This document shows, piece after piece, positions 47,037 through 56,700 of a stretch of DNA of 64,000 nt. Every line of letters begins with the position of its first letter. Positions within the stretch are counted from its first letter, which is position 1. Under the pieces are notes generated by a model that searched no databases, was not told the origin of the DNA, and saw nothing but the letters and a program-made list of their open reading frames with translations. Origin of the DNA: an uncultured Gammaproteobacteria bacterium. Its GTDB lineage: Bacteria > Actinomycetota > Acidimicrobiia > Spongiisociales > SHLN01. A program made the position numbers and the translations under genes. The stretch spans positions 10,326-74,325 of the forward strand of contig CAXMQV010000005.1 in NCBI GenBank assembly GCA_964195905.1, written 5' to 3'.

Positions 47037-48028
47037 GCGGCCACCGGGGCCGTATCAAATGTGCGCCGGATGTGGAGCCACTGGTAGGTGAGGAACCGGG
47101 ACGGTTCACCAACGGGCTCGAACGGGATCGGGTCGATGAGCCGCTTCCCGTAGTTCTTGATCAGTGTTACTTGCCCGCCAGGGGCGAGGTTGTCCATGTC
47201 GTCGAAGGCGCTACGGACCCATTCCTCGCCGATGAGGGTCGGATCAGCGTCGGCGATGCCCGACAACATGTCGAGCAAATCCGAGCGGTAGTCGCCGACC
47301 AGGAAGAACTCGGTCATGTGCCGAAACAACGGCTTGTCGAGGGCGCTGCGCTTGTAAACCCGGTGGATGCGCAAGTATTCGATGGCCTGGCTGAGCCGCT
47401 CGGCGACCTCGGGAGTGCGGCGCTCCGGCGGGATGGTGGCCAAAGCCCGGAAGGCGCCGGCCACACCGTGGTAGCAGGAGACCGAGTCCCAGCACCCGTA
47501 GTTGGCGGGCGCCTGGTAGGGCCATTCCGCTTCGCCACCCGCCCGGAGACCTTTGTGGTCGAACCGCTGGTGGTCGACGAGCCATTGAATGGAGGATTGG
47601 ACTACCTCGGTATCCAGGGCTCCCATCCCGATGAGGGCGGTGACTACCACGCCGACATAACAGGACAGGATGCCCGATCCTCCGGTGGTGTAGGAGAGGG
47701 CGCCCTTGCCGAGGTGGTGCTCGGAGAGGTAGTCGATCATGCGGGCGACGGGTTGGTCGGTGATGTTCAACCCGCACCGATGCATGAGGCTGAGAGCGGT
47801 GAACGTTGGCTGGGCGGTCAGGGTCTTCTGGGCGAAGGGAAAGCTGCCGTCGTCGCGCTGCGGATCGAGGATACGCTGCAGCGGCTCCCATTCGAGGATG
47901 TCCGCTCGCAGGTCCGCCAGAGTTTCAGTCGATGGTGGCGGATCGGTGAGATCACGGGCGGCCAGGTACCGCACAGGCGGATTGTCGGGGGAGGACAACC
48001 ACTCAAGCAACTCGGCTTCGTGTGTCAC
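47033..48028 (-). CDS. Hypothetical protein, possibly an alpha/alpha-toroid (prenyltransferase/terpene-cyclase-like) fold
   Basis: 331 aa with high GC3. LLEWLSSPDNPPVRYLAARDL...QRDDGSFPF...WLVDHQRFD resemble toroid repeats, but the fold call is weak. ATGA overlap with the amidohydrolase. Confidence 0.5.
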   Translation of the reverse strand: MTHEAELLEWLSSPDNPPVRYLAARDLTDPPPSTETLADLRADILEWEPLQRILDPQRDDGSFPFAQKTLTAQPTFTALSLMHRCGLNITDQPVARMIDYLSEHHLGKGALSYTTGGSGILSCYVGVVVTALIGMGALDTEVVQSSIQWLVDHQRFDHKGLRAGGEAEWPYQAPANYGCWDSVSCYHGVAGAFRALATIPPERRTPEVAERLSQAIEYLRIHRVYKRSALDKPLFRHMTEFFLVGDYRSDLLDMLSGIADADPTLIGEEWVRSAFDDMDNLAPGGQVTLIKNYGKRLIDPIPFEPVGEPSRFLTYQWLHIRRTFDTAPVAA

Positions 48029-48073
48029 CGGGTCATCTTCGCGCCCTGGGCGCGTGCAGTCCAGTTCGCCCGG

Positions 48074-48538
48074 TCAGTCGGCGCTGAGGAATCGGTCGAG
48101 GCCACGGAGGGCCTCGTTCCTGACCCGGTTCCCGATCACCGGGGTTGCTCCCAGGAAGAAACCGACCGGACCGAGCGCCTGTTTGGCCCAGGCGTGAAAG
48201 GAGAAGGTGTCGACATGGTTGACGATGAGGCCACTCTCGAAAACGAAGCGGGCGTCGACCCGGTTCACGACGGGCCGCTTGGAAGGGCCGAACGCATACC
48301 GGGCCACCCAGTGGGCCGAGCCGGTCGTTTCGTCGGCTCGAACATCGGAAAGGTCAACCTCGATGCCGTCACTGTGCGAGGTGAGCATTCGCCACATCCC
48401 TCCGACCCGTTCACCGGTCAGGACGCCGAACGCCGGATCCTCGAATCGGGGGTTGGGCGCGTAGCAAGCGGCCATGGCATCGCCGTCGCCTGTGCGAAGC
48501 CCCTCGTAGAGCCGTTCGATGAGATCGGTGTTGCTCAT
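48074..48538 (-). CDS. NTF2-like (SnoaL/ketosteroid-isomerase-like) protein
   Basis: MSNTDLIERLYEGLRTGDGDAMAACYAPNPRFEDPAFG is a typical SnoaL-like N-terminus. Confidence 0.7.
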   Translation of the reverse strand: MSNTDLIERLYEGLRTGDGDAMAACYAPNPRFEDPAFGVLTGERVGGMWRMLTSHSDGIEVDLSDVRADETTGSAHWVARYAFGPSKRPVVNRVDARFVFESGLIVNHVDTFSFHAWAKQALGPVGFFLGATPVIGNRVRNEALRGLDRFLSAD

Positions 48539-48549
48539 TGCGAGGAACG

Positions 48550-49746
48550 CTACCCGTTGGTCGGGTGGGCGGGGAGAGCGAAGGTGACGACACCGCCCGG
48601 CCCGGCTCCGAGCTCGAGTGATCCGCCGTGGGCGTCAACGAGGCCTCGTACGATGGCAAGACCGAGGCCGGCTCCACCGTGGGATCTGGCCCTGGCGGCG
48701 TCGGCCCTGGTGAACTCCCGGGCGGCATCGGCCCGGAAGTCGAGTGGAAAGCCGGGTCCCTGGTCGGCAACAGAAACGCTCACGTGCCCGTTGTCTCTAC
48801 CCACCGAGACGTCGACGAGCGAGCCGGCCGGAGCGAATCGGATGGCGTTGTCGAGCAGATTTCGAACGACCCGTCCCAGCTCGGCCGGGCCTCCCCGTAC
48901 CAGGGTGGCGCCAGAGCGCTGAAGCTGCATTCGTACCCGCCCCCTGTCGGCCACCGGTTGCATGGCTTCGATGGCTTCGTCGACCAGCTCTGCCACGTCG
49001 ACGGCCACGACAATCATTTCGAGGCGGCCGGCATCGATTCTCGACAGCAAGAACAGGTCATCCACCAATCGGGCCAGGGCGTCAACGTCCTTGCTGAGCG
49101 ACCTGAGATAGCGCTCGGGGTCGGGGGCCATGCCGTCCTCGAGGGCTTCGACGGCGACTCGCATGGCAGTGAGCGGCGTGCGCAGGTCGTGGCTCAGTGA
49201 GGCCAGGAGGGTCTTGCGGGCGCCTTCGGCCCGCTCCCGAGCGGCCGTTGCCCCGGCCAGGCGGTTGGTCATCTCGTCAAAGGTGCGTGCCAGATCACCG
49301 AGCTCGTCAAGACGGGTTGTCGACACCCGGGCGGTCAGGTCGCCGGCTCCCACCTCCTGGACGATGGCCCGAAGCGCTTCGAGGTCCCGGCTGAGGGTGT
49401 TCGTCATGGAGGTCGAGAGCACGATCCCGAGCCCGACCGCCATGAGCAGAGCAATGAGGACGACCCGCAGGTCGTGCGGCGACAGGAACATGAGGAAGGC
49501 GGCCGCCAGGACCACAACGACAACCAGGGTGATGGCCGACAGGCTTATGACGAGGACCCTGGTCCGGATCGATCGCAGACGGGCCGTGAGCCGGCCGAGC
49601 GATCGGGCGGCCGCCACGGCGAACAGCGCGGCGCCGCCGAAGATGAGAACAAAGGCAACCCGGTCCCGGGCTGTCGGCTGCATCACCGCCTCGGTGGCGA
49701 TGAGGGCGCCGATGGCTATTCCGAGGGTTCCGAGGACGACCCTCAT
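48550..49746 (-). CDS. Sensor histidine kinase (2 TM, HAMP, HisKA, HATPase_c)
   Basis: H-box LSHDLRTPLTAM, N-box VRNLLDNAIRFAP, G-boxes DQGPGF and GGAGLGLAIV. Confidence 0.9.
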   Translation of the reverse strand: MRVVLGTLGIAIGALIATEAVMQPTARDRVAFVLIFGGAALFAVAAARSLGRLTARLRSIRTRVLVISLSAITLVVVVVLAAAFLMFLSPHDLRVVLIALLMAVGLGIVLSTSMTNTLSRDLEALRAIVQEVGAGDLTARVSTTRLDELGDLARTFDEMTNRLAGATAARERAEGARKTLLASLSHDLRTPLTAMRVAVEALEDGMAPDPERYLRSLSKDVDALARLVDDLFLLSRIDAGRLEMIVVAVDVAELVDEAIEAMQPVADRGRVRMQLQRSGATLVRGGPAELGRVVRNLLDNAIRFAPAGSLVDVSVGRDNGHVSVSVADQGPGFPLDFRADAAREFTRADAARARSHGGAGLGLAIVRGLVDAHGGSLELGAGPGGVVTFALPAHPTNG

Positions 49747-50447
49747 GGCTCGAACCGATAGCCCACACCCCAGACGGTGGCGATGCGGGGGACGCGGTCA
49801 CCGAGCTTGGTCCGCAAGCGTCGGACGTGCACGGTGACGGTGGAGGGATCCTGCCATTCCGGCGATGAGTCCCACACGTGGTCGAGGAGCTGGGTGCGGG
49901 AGAAGACCTGCCCGGGGGAGCCGGCCAGGAAGGAGAGCAGCTCGAATTCACGGCGAGTCAGATCGACAACCTCGCCTCTGACGGTCACCCGTCGGGATCG
50001 GGCGTCGATGCTCAGCTCCCCGTAAGTGAGTTGTTCGACAGCGGGCTGGGCGGTGGGGGAGCTCCGGCGCAGGACCGATTTGACTCGAGCGGCCAGCTCG
50101 CGGGCCGAGAAGGGCTTGGTCACGTAGTCGTCGGCTCCGAGTTCGAGACCGAGGACCCGGTCGCTCTCTTCGCCGCGGGCGGTGAGGAGGATCACAGGCA
50201 CGTCGCTGTCGCGCCGGAGCGCTCCCAGCACCTCGAGGCCGCTCAGCGTGGGAAGCATGAGGTCGAGCACCACCATGTCCGGTTTGGATTCCGCGATGAG
50301 GGCGAGCGCCTCGGCTCCGTCGGCTGCTGTGATCACATCAAAGCCTTCCCGGCGCAGATACCTGGTTACCACCTCGCGCACCATCGGCTCGTCGTCGACG
50401 ACGGCGATGCAGGCGTCGGTGGGTGATATGTCCGGGATTGTGATCAC
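49743..50447 (-). CDS. OmpR/PhoB-family response regulator
   Basis: VVDDEPMVREV...DMVVLDLMLP and a winged-helix C-terminus ...RRLRTKLGD...IATVWGVGYRFEP. ATGA overlap with the kinase. Confidence 0.92.
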   Translation of the reverse strand: MITIPDISPTDACIAVVDDEPMVREVVTRYLRREGFDVITAADGAEALALIAESKPDMVVLDLMLPTLSGLEVLGALRRDSDVPVILLTARGEESDRVLGLELGADDYVTKPFSARELAARVKSVLRRSSPTAQPAVEQLTYGELSIDARSRRVTVRGEVVDLTRREFELLSFLAGSPGQVFSRTQLLDHVWDSSPEWQDPSTVTVHVRRLRTKLGDRVPRIATVWGVGYRFEP

Positions 50448-50498
50448 GTGTTCCAGCGTACGTTCGGCTACCCCAGGAACGGGGGCCGGAGGTGATTA

Positions 50499-50536
50499 GT
50501 TCCGCGTTTGTTCATTTCTGCGTTCTCGGCGGTTCA
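50499..50536. promoter_or_regulatory. Four GTTC direct repeats at 10-12-nt spacing in the divergent promoter region
   Basis: GTTCC 50499, GTTCA 50510, GTTCT 50522, GTTCA 50532. The helical-turn spacing fits OmpR-family tandem sites. Confidence 0.4.
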
Positions 50537-50588
50537 CAACCGGCTGTCACCTTGTCAGTGCACTCACAGCTATTGAAAAGGAGTCGCA

Positions 50589-51320
50589 ATGACGAGACGA
50601 GCAAGATGGGTTGCCGCCCTGGTGATGATGCTGACCGCAGCTTCGCTGGTGCCGGCCGCTGCCTCCGCCCCCAATACCCGCACCTACACGGTGACCATCA
50701 CCAACCTGACGGACGGGCAGCCGTTCACGCCGCCGCTGGTGGCAACCCACAAACGACCTGCCGACTTCTTCGACGTCGGCTCGCCGGCCAGTTATGGGAT
50801 CAAGGAGATCGCCGAGAACGGCAACCTCGCCCCGCTCATGGATTCCTTGCTGGCCAGCAACAAGGTCTCTGATGTAGTTGTGGCGGTGGCCGGTGATCCG
50901 CCGCCGCTCATGCCGGGGGCGTCCGTGACGTTCGATATCGACGGCGGTCCTGGAGCCAAGTGGCTCTCGTACGCCTCGATGCTCATTTGCACGAACGACG
51001 GCTTCACCGGCGCAGACGGCCTTCGCCTTCCGAAGACGGTTGGTGAAACGGTTTCGGCTACCTCCTTTGCCTATGACGCGGGGACCGAGATCAACACCGA
51101 GTACTTCGGGGACATCGTGCCGCCCTGCCCGGCTCTCACCGGCGTTGCCAGCTCGGTGGCGGGCAGTGGGATGAGCAACGGCGCCCTGGCGGAGGGTGGT
51201 GTCATCACCCATCACGACGGTGTGATGACCGCCGCCGGAATGGACGCGCTGCTGGTGTCCGTGCACGGCTGGGACACGTCTCTTCCTGTGGCGCGGATCA
51301 CCGTCACTCGCACCGGCTAG
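50589..51320 (+). CDS. Secreted spondin-N domain protein
   Basis: Sec signal ...LVPAAASA/PN, then TYTVTITNLTDGQPFTPPLVATH...ICTNDGF. Confidence 0.7.
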   Translation: MTRRARWVAALVMMLTAASLVPAAASAPNTRTYTVTITNLTDGQPFTPPLVATHKRPADFFDVGSPASYGIKEIAENGNLAPLMDSLLASNKVSDVVVAVAGDPPPLMPGASVTFDIDGGPGAKWLSYASMLICTNDGFTGADGLRLPKTVGETVSATSFAYDAGTEINTEYFGDIVPPCPALTGVASSVAGSGMSNGALAEGGVITHHDGVMTAAGMDALLVSVHGWDTSLPVARITVTRTG

Positions 51321-51334
51321 GAGACCTACCGGTT

Positions 51335-51368
51335 GAGAAGAGGGCCGGCGTGAGCCGGTCCTCTTCTC
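51335..51368 (+). terminator. Hairpin gagaagagggccggc-gtga-gccggtcctcttctc
   Basis: 15-bp stem with one mismatch, 15 nt after the stop. Same GAGAAG...CTTCTC design as the hairpins at 17461 and 17521. Confidence 0.55.
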
Positions 51369-51402
51369 GTGCTGCCTGCGTAACGAACTAATCGGCGCCG
51401 GC

Positions 51403-53475
51403 GTGCGTTTGAATGACGTGGTGAAACGAACACTCCTTCTCAGCGTGGCCCTGGCACTGGTTGCCGCCGCCTGTGCCGGTTCGGCAACCGGCACCGACAC
51501 GCCGGCTACAACCCGGCTCGGTGGCTCGACGACCTCAATCGCTCCCAATGATTCGACCGAACCGGTTGGATCCTTCGCCGGCACCGACCCTGCGCCCGAA
51601 TTCCCGGCCGGGCTCGATTGGTTGAATACCGCCGAACCGATCTCCCTCGCCGACCTCGAAGGCAAAGTGGTGTTGCTCGACTTCTGGACTTACGGCTGCA
51701 TCAATTGCATCCACATCATCCCGGACCTGAAACGTCTCGAGGCCGAGTTCGCCGACGAGCTCGTCGTCATCGGGGTGCATTCGGCCAAGTTCGTAAACGA
51801 AGCCGAGACCGACAACATCCGCGACGTCGTCCTGCGCTACGGCCTCGAGCACCCGGTCGTCAACGACCGGGACTTCGAGATCTGGCGGACATGGGGGGCC
51901 AACGCCTGGCCAACTACCGCCGTCGTCGACCCGGCCGGCAACGTGGTGGGAGGCTTCTCGGGCGAGGGCGTCTACGACGTAGTGGCGCCGGTGATCGCCG
52001 GGCTCATCGATGAGTTCGAGCGCTCCGGGGTTCTCGACCGAACCCCGGTCGTGTTCGCTCGCGAGGCCGATGGTCGCCCGGACACCATCCTGTCCTATCC
52101 GGGGAAGGTGTTCGTCGATCCAGCCGGCTCCACCCTCTTCATCGCCGACACCGGGCACCACCGGATCGTGGCTGCCGATTCCGAAACTGGCGAGGTCAAG
52201 AACGTCTACGGGCGGGGCAAGCCCGGTTACGCCGATGGTCCTGCCCTCGAGGCACTGTTCGACTCGCCGCAGGGGATGGCGTTGAGCCCCGATGGGAAGT
52301 ACCTGTATGTGGCCGACACGAACAACCACGCCATTCGATCGATCGAGCTGGCTACCGGTGAGGTCGGCACCATCCTCGGAACGGGAACGCTCGGGTGGCC
52401 TCCCACCGGAGGGCTCGCCGATGAGGTCTCGATCAATTCGCCCTGGGCGCTCGAAGAGCGCGATGGCCTGCTCTACATCGCCATGGCCGGTCACCATCAG
52501 ATCTGGTTGATGGACCCGGCCGCCGGTACCGCCGCCCCTCTCGTCGGCAATGCCCGGGAATCCACCGTCAACGGACCGCTCGCCGAAGCTGAGCTGGCCC
52601 AGCCGAGCGGCCTCGCCTTCGATGCGGGCGGGCTGCTCTATTTCGCCGACTCCGAGTCGAGTGCCATCCGGTCCGCCGAGGTCTTGACCGACGGGGTAAC
52701 CGACATCGTGGTCGGGAGTAACGACACCCTGTTCGACTTCGGCGACGTCGACGGGGCCGGTACCGAGGCCCGCCTCCAGCATCCGCTTGGCCTCGCGTAC
52801 GCCGATGACGGGCTCCTCTATGTGGCCGACACGTACAACTCGAAGCTCAAGCGCATCGATCTCGCAGCCGGCTCGGTCGAGACCTATCTCGGTGGCCCAC
52901 AGGGATGGCAGGACGGCCCCGCCGCCCTGTTCTCGGAGCCGGGGGGTCTCGCCACCCACGGAGGATTGCTGTATGTGGCCGACACCAACAACCACACGGT
53001 GCGGATCGTCGATTTGGCGACTGCCACTACCAGCACCCTCGTGCTGAAGGGGATCGAGGAGTTCGCTCCACCGCCCGACGCCGCCGATTTTTTCGGCGAG
53101 GTGATCGAGCTGACGGCGGCGGTCAATCCCCGGCCCGGGTTCCTCACCATCAACATCGGACTGCCCCCCGATCACAAGGTCAATGAGGCGGCCCCATCAT
53201 CGGCCGAGTTCTCCGTCAGTGGGGGAGTGGCCGACTTCGGCGGCGAGGCCGCGCTGTCGCTGACCGGTGTCACCTTCCCGGTCACCATTCCCGTCGAGTT
53301 CACAGAAGGAGCCGGTCGCGTCACCGCCGACCTCACCGTCATCTACTGCCACAAGGACGCTGAGAGCCTGTGCTTCATCCAGCAACTCCGGTTTGTGGTG
53401 GATCTAAGGGTGAGTCCGGAGATTTCGTCCGACACGATCAACCTCAACTACCAGATCGTCCTGCCGGATCTATAG
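51403..53475 (+). CDS. Lipoprotein with a thioredoxin-like (redoxin) domain + NHL-repeat beta-propeller + C-terminal beta domain
   Basis: Lipobox LVAAAC, redox motif WTYGCINCIH, NHL repeats (PQGMALSPDGKYLYVADTNNHAIRSI and others). The true start is probably GTG 51418/51421. Confidence 0.8.
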   Translation: MRLNDVVKRTLLLSVALALVAAACAGSATGTDTPATTRLGGSTTSIAPNDSTEPVGSFAGTDPAPEFPAGLDWLNTAEPISLADLEGKVVLLDFWTYGCINCIHIIPDLKRLEAEFADELVVIGVHSAKFVNEAETDNIRDVVLRYGLEHPVVNDRDFEIWRTWGANAWPTTAVVDPAGNVVGGFSGEGVYDVVAPVIAGLIDEFERSGVLDRTPVVFAREADGRPDTILSYPGKVFVDPAGSTLFIADTGHHRIVAADSETGEVKNVYGRGKPGYADGPALEALFDSPQGMALSPDGKYLYVADTNNHAIRSIELATGEVGTILGTGTLGWPPTGGLADEVSINSPWALEERDGLLYIAMAGHHQIWLMDPAAGTAAPLVGNARESTVNGPLAEAELAQPSGLAFDAGGLLYFADSESSAIRSAEVLTDGVTDIVVGSNDTLFDFGDVDGAGTEARLQHPLGLAYADDGLLYVADTYNSKLKRIDLAAGSVETYLGGPQGWQDGPAALFSEPGGLATHGGLLYVADTNNHTVRIVDLATATTSTLVLKGIEEFAPPPDAADFFGEVIELTAAVNPRPGFLTINIGLPPDHKVNEAAPSSAEFSVSGGVADFGGEAALSLTGVTFPVTIPVEFTEGAGRVTADLTVIYCHKDAESLCFIQQLRFVVDLRVSPEISSDTINLNYQIVLPDL

Positions 53476-53481
53476 GCGGTC

Positions 53482-53739
53482 CTACGCACCGTCCTCTGAT
53501 CGGTCGTTGACCCCGGACACGTGGGAGGAGAGAGCCCGACATTCGCCGCTGTCCTTAATCGGCACGTTGCTCGACTTGTAGGTGTAGTTGGTGGCGATGC
53601 CGGTCCCATCCACGATCGCGAACTGGCCGCGGTAGATCTGGAGGCGTTCGATCCGGTATTCGAACTCGCCAGGGTCCCACTCGTTGTCCCGGATGTAGGC
53701 GAGCTCGTCGGCTTTGGTGGAGCGGTTCCCATCGGCGCT
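53482..53739 (-). pseudogene. 85-codon coding-like ORF with no start codon, in frame with the A2M gene behind TGA-6 codons-TAG
   Basis: SADGNRSTKADELAYIRDNEWDPGEFEYRIERLQIYRGQFAIVDGTGIATNYTYKSSNVPIKDSGECRALSSHVSGVNDRSEDGA*. Strong GC3. An ATG at 53732 is out of frame, followed by only two G before the in-frame aac (a fourth G in the atGGG run would restore the frame). Confidence 0.5.
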
Positions 53740-53760
53740 CTACCGCCGCGGCCAGAGGAT

Positions 53761-56700
53761 TCAGCGGGACTCGACGATGACGATGTCGGAGCCTGATCGG
53801 CCGAACGTCTCGGGGGCGTAGATTTCCTCGGCCTTGGTCGGTGGCACCACGAACGTTCCCGGCGTGGTGGCCCGGGCTACATACGTGTAGTCGTAGGTTC
53901 CCGCCCACAACAGTGAAGCGAAGGCTTCGGCCCGATCGTCGCGCAGGTTGTCATGCTCGTACCACTGCCACCACCAGAACGACCTGCGCCCGAAGAAGGT
54001 CTCCTCGTCCTCGAATTCCTCGACCGGGATTGGCGGGGTGCCGGCCAGGGCCGGGTTGAGGGCCTCGAAGCCGGCCGGCAGCGGGTCGACCAGCGCCACG
54101 TGGGTGCGGCGACTGTCGGCCACCATCGTCAGACGTACCCGCACCTCGGCGCCCGGCTTGATGTGCCAGGTTCCGTCGGCGTCGCGAGTCACGTCCCCGG
54201 GATCGTCGATGGCCTCGTAGCTCCGTTGCACCACGAATCCCCGGTCGAGCGGGTCGAGGTCGAGGTCGACGGGGGCGTAGCGCAGACCGAGCCGGTAATA
54301 GAGGCGTCCGACGCCATCCTTGCTGACAACCAGGTTGGTCTCGCCGCCCTGGGCTTGGGCGATCAATTCGGCCATCGGCACGACCGTCTCGTCTCGATCG
54401 GTGGTGCGGCCCTCGAAAACGTGCTCGGCGGCGTAGAGGTCGCCCAGCCAGATCCGGGCCACGAAGTCCGGGGTGACGGCTTCGAAGGTGTCGAAGTACT
54501 CGTTGAGTGCCAGCAGGATGAAGGCGTTCTCCTGCACGTTGTTCCAGCGGCCCCGCGTCTGGTTGCCCAGCAGCCCGGCCACCACCTTGGGGATGAGATC
54601 GCCGCCGGGTGCCTCGTCGATCAGAGCGTCGAGGATGATGCCGTCGGTGCGGCGGTCCGAGTGCAGGATCAGGTAGGCATCCTCGCCGTAGTCGGTGGTG
54701 AAGGTGGCGGCGCCGGCCGTCTCGGTGGCCCGGTTGCTGAACAGCCGCTCGATCTCTGCATCGGAGCCGGCATCGTCCAGTACCGGCCACAGCCAGGCCA
54801 CCGCATCGAGCCCGAGATCGGCACCGGCCCGGCGGTACAGCTGGTTGGCTTTGGCGGCATCCCGATCGCCGGCCAGGTTGCGCACGTGCAGGGCATAGGC
54901 ACTGAGCGTGTCGCGGGTCTGCTGGCTGTAGACGGAGGGATAGAAGTCCTCGATATTGGCCAGGTACCACAGGGCCTCCTCCAGACGATCGGCCGGCACC
55001 GCATAGCCCTCGGCCTTGGCTTCGATGAGGGCGTGGGTGGCCTGAATGCTGTGATAGGGGACGGTCTCGTTGGTGCGCCGCCAGATGGCGAAGCCGCCCG
55101 GACCGGTCTGCAGGCGAAGCAATCCCTCGATGTCCTCGGCCACCCGGGCCTCCAATTCGGCGGCGGGGGGCAGCCCGTCGGCCTCGAACGCCTCCAACAC
55201 GTCCCGCAATGCCGCGATGGCCAGGATGCGGGAGGCGAACCCGTCGGCACTCTCATACCGGTAGTCGTTGAGGTAGATGATGGCGTCGGTCAGGGCCTGC
55301 AGGGCGGTGGAAGAGGTGTTGACTTCCAGCCCGCCGAACTGAGGGAACACCCCCTCGGGTGCCAGCACCGTCTGGGCGATGACCCCGTCGTCGAGGACGC
55401 CGTAGGTGGCGAACGCCTCGGTGGTGGCCGGGGTGTAGACGGGGAGGGCGATGGTGGCGGCGTCGGCCAGGGTGCCGCTGACGGCGGCCACCCGGAACCG
55501 GGCGGTGCCGACGTCCTCGGCTGCGGCCGGGAAGCGGACCTCAATCCGGTCGTTGGCCGGCACCGTGACCCGCCGGCCCGCCCCGGCGGTGAGGCTCAGG
55601 TTGGCGGTCTGGATCCCGACGTCGACTTGCAGGTCTTCGTCGGTCTGGTTCTGGATGACGACCGGCAGCTCGAACTGATCGCCGAAGTTGAGGAAGCGGG
55701 GGGCTGAGGGCCGCACCATCAGCGGCAGGCGAGCGGTGATGTTGGACTCGGCCGATCCGAACCGGTCGACGCCGTCGACGGCCACCACCATCACCCGGTA
55801 GCGGGTGAGGCTGTCGGGCAGCGGGACTTCGATGGTGGCAGTACCGTCGGAGCTAGTCCGGACCTCGGGATCGAATACCGCCAGGGCATCGAAGTTGGTC
55901 CGCACGTCGATGGCGCTGTCGGATGCGCCGTCGTCGGACTCCTCGGCCGCATACCGCCCATCGGAGAGGGCCTCAGAAGCCGGCGCGAAGTCGGCGCCAT
56001 CAGCGCCGCCCCCGGCATCCCCTCCGGCCGCCGCGGTGGAGGTGGTCTGGCTCTCGTCACCCAACTTCTCCGGATTGGCCAGTTCGATGCTGTGGCGCAG
56101 ATAGCGGCTCGATACGCCCGAGTCGATTGGCCGGTAGAAGACGTCGAGCGGGTCGGGCAGCTGGTAATCGCTGAGGGCCAGCACCGCTTCGTCGACGACC
56201 ACGACCGCCAGTTCGGCACCCGCCACCGGGTTGCCGGCGCCGTCGGCAACGGTCACCTCGACGCTGGTGGTGCTGCCGGGTTCGGTGGTCGGAGCCGCCG
56301 GATCGACCGACAGGCTCAAGGTGCGGCTGAGCGGCGGGACCTGCAGGGTGAGGCGGCCGACGGCGAAGGCCGGCCGGTCGGGCGCGTCGGGCAGCGGGTC
56401 GCCTGCGTCGGTGGTGCGCCCGGTGGCGCCGACCAGGTCGACCTGGATGTGGATGTTGGGGATGTAATCATCGACGATGGGGATGGACAGCACCGTGCTG
56501 GTGTCCTCGATGGTGAACGTTTCCTGGCTGACGAAGCCGTTGCGGCTGACGGTGAGCAGCCCTTCGGCAGGGCTGAAGGGAGCTTCGACCAGGATCTCGG
56601 CGGTGTCGCCGGGGGCGTACTCCGGCTGGTCGGGGATGAGGGTGGCCTCTTCCTGCACCACGTTGCGCTCGGGTCGGCGGTTCCCGCCGCTCACCCAGCG

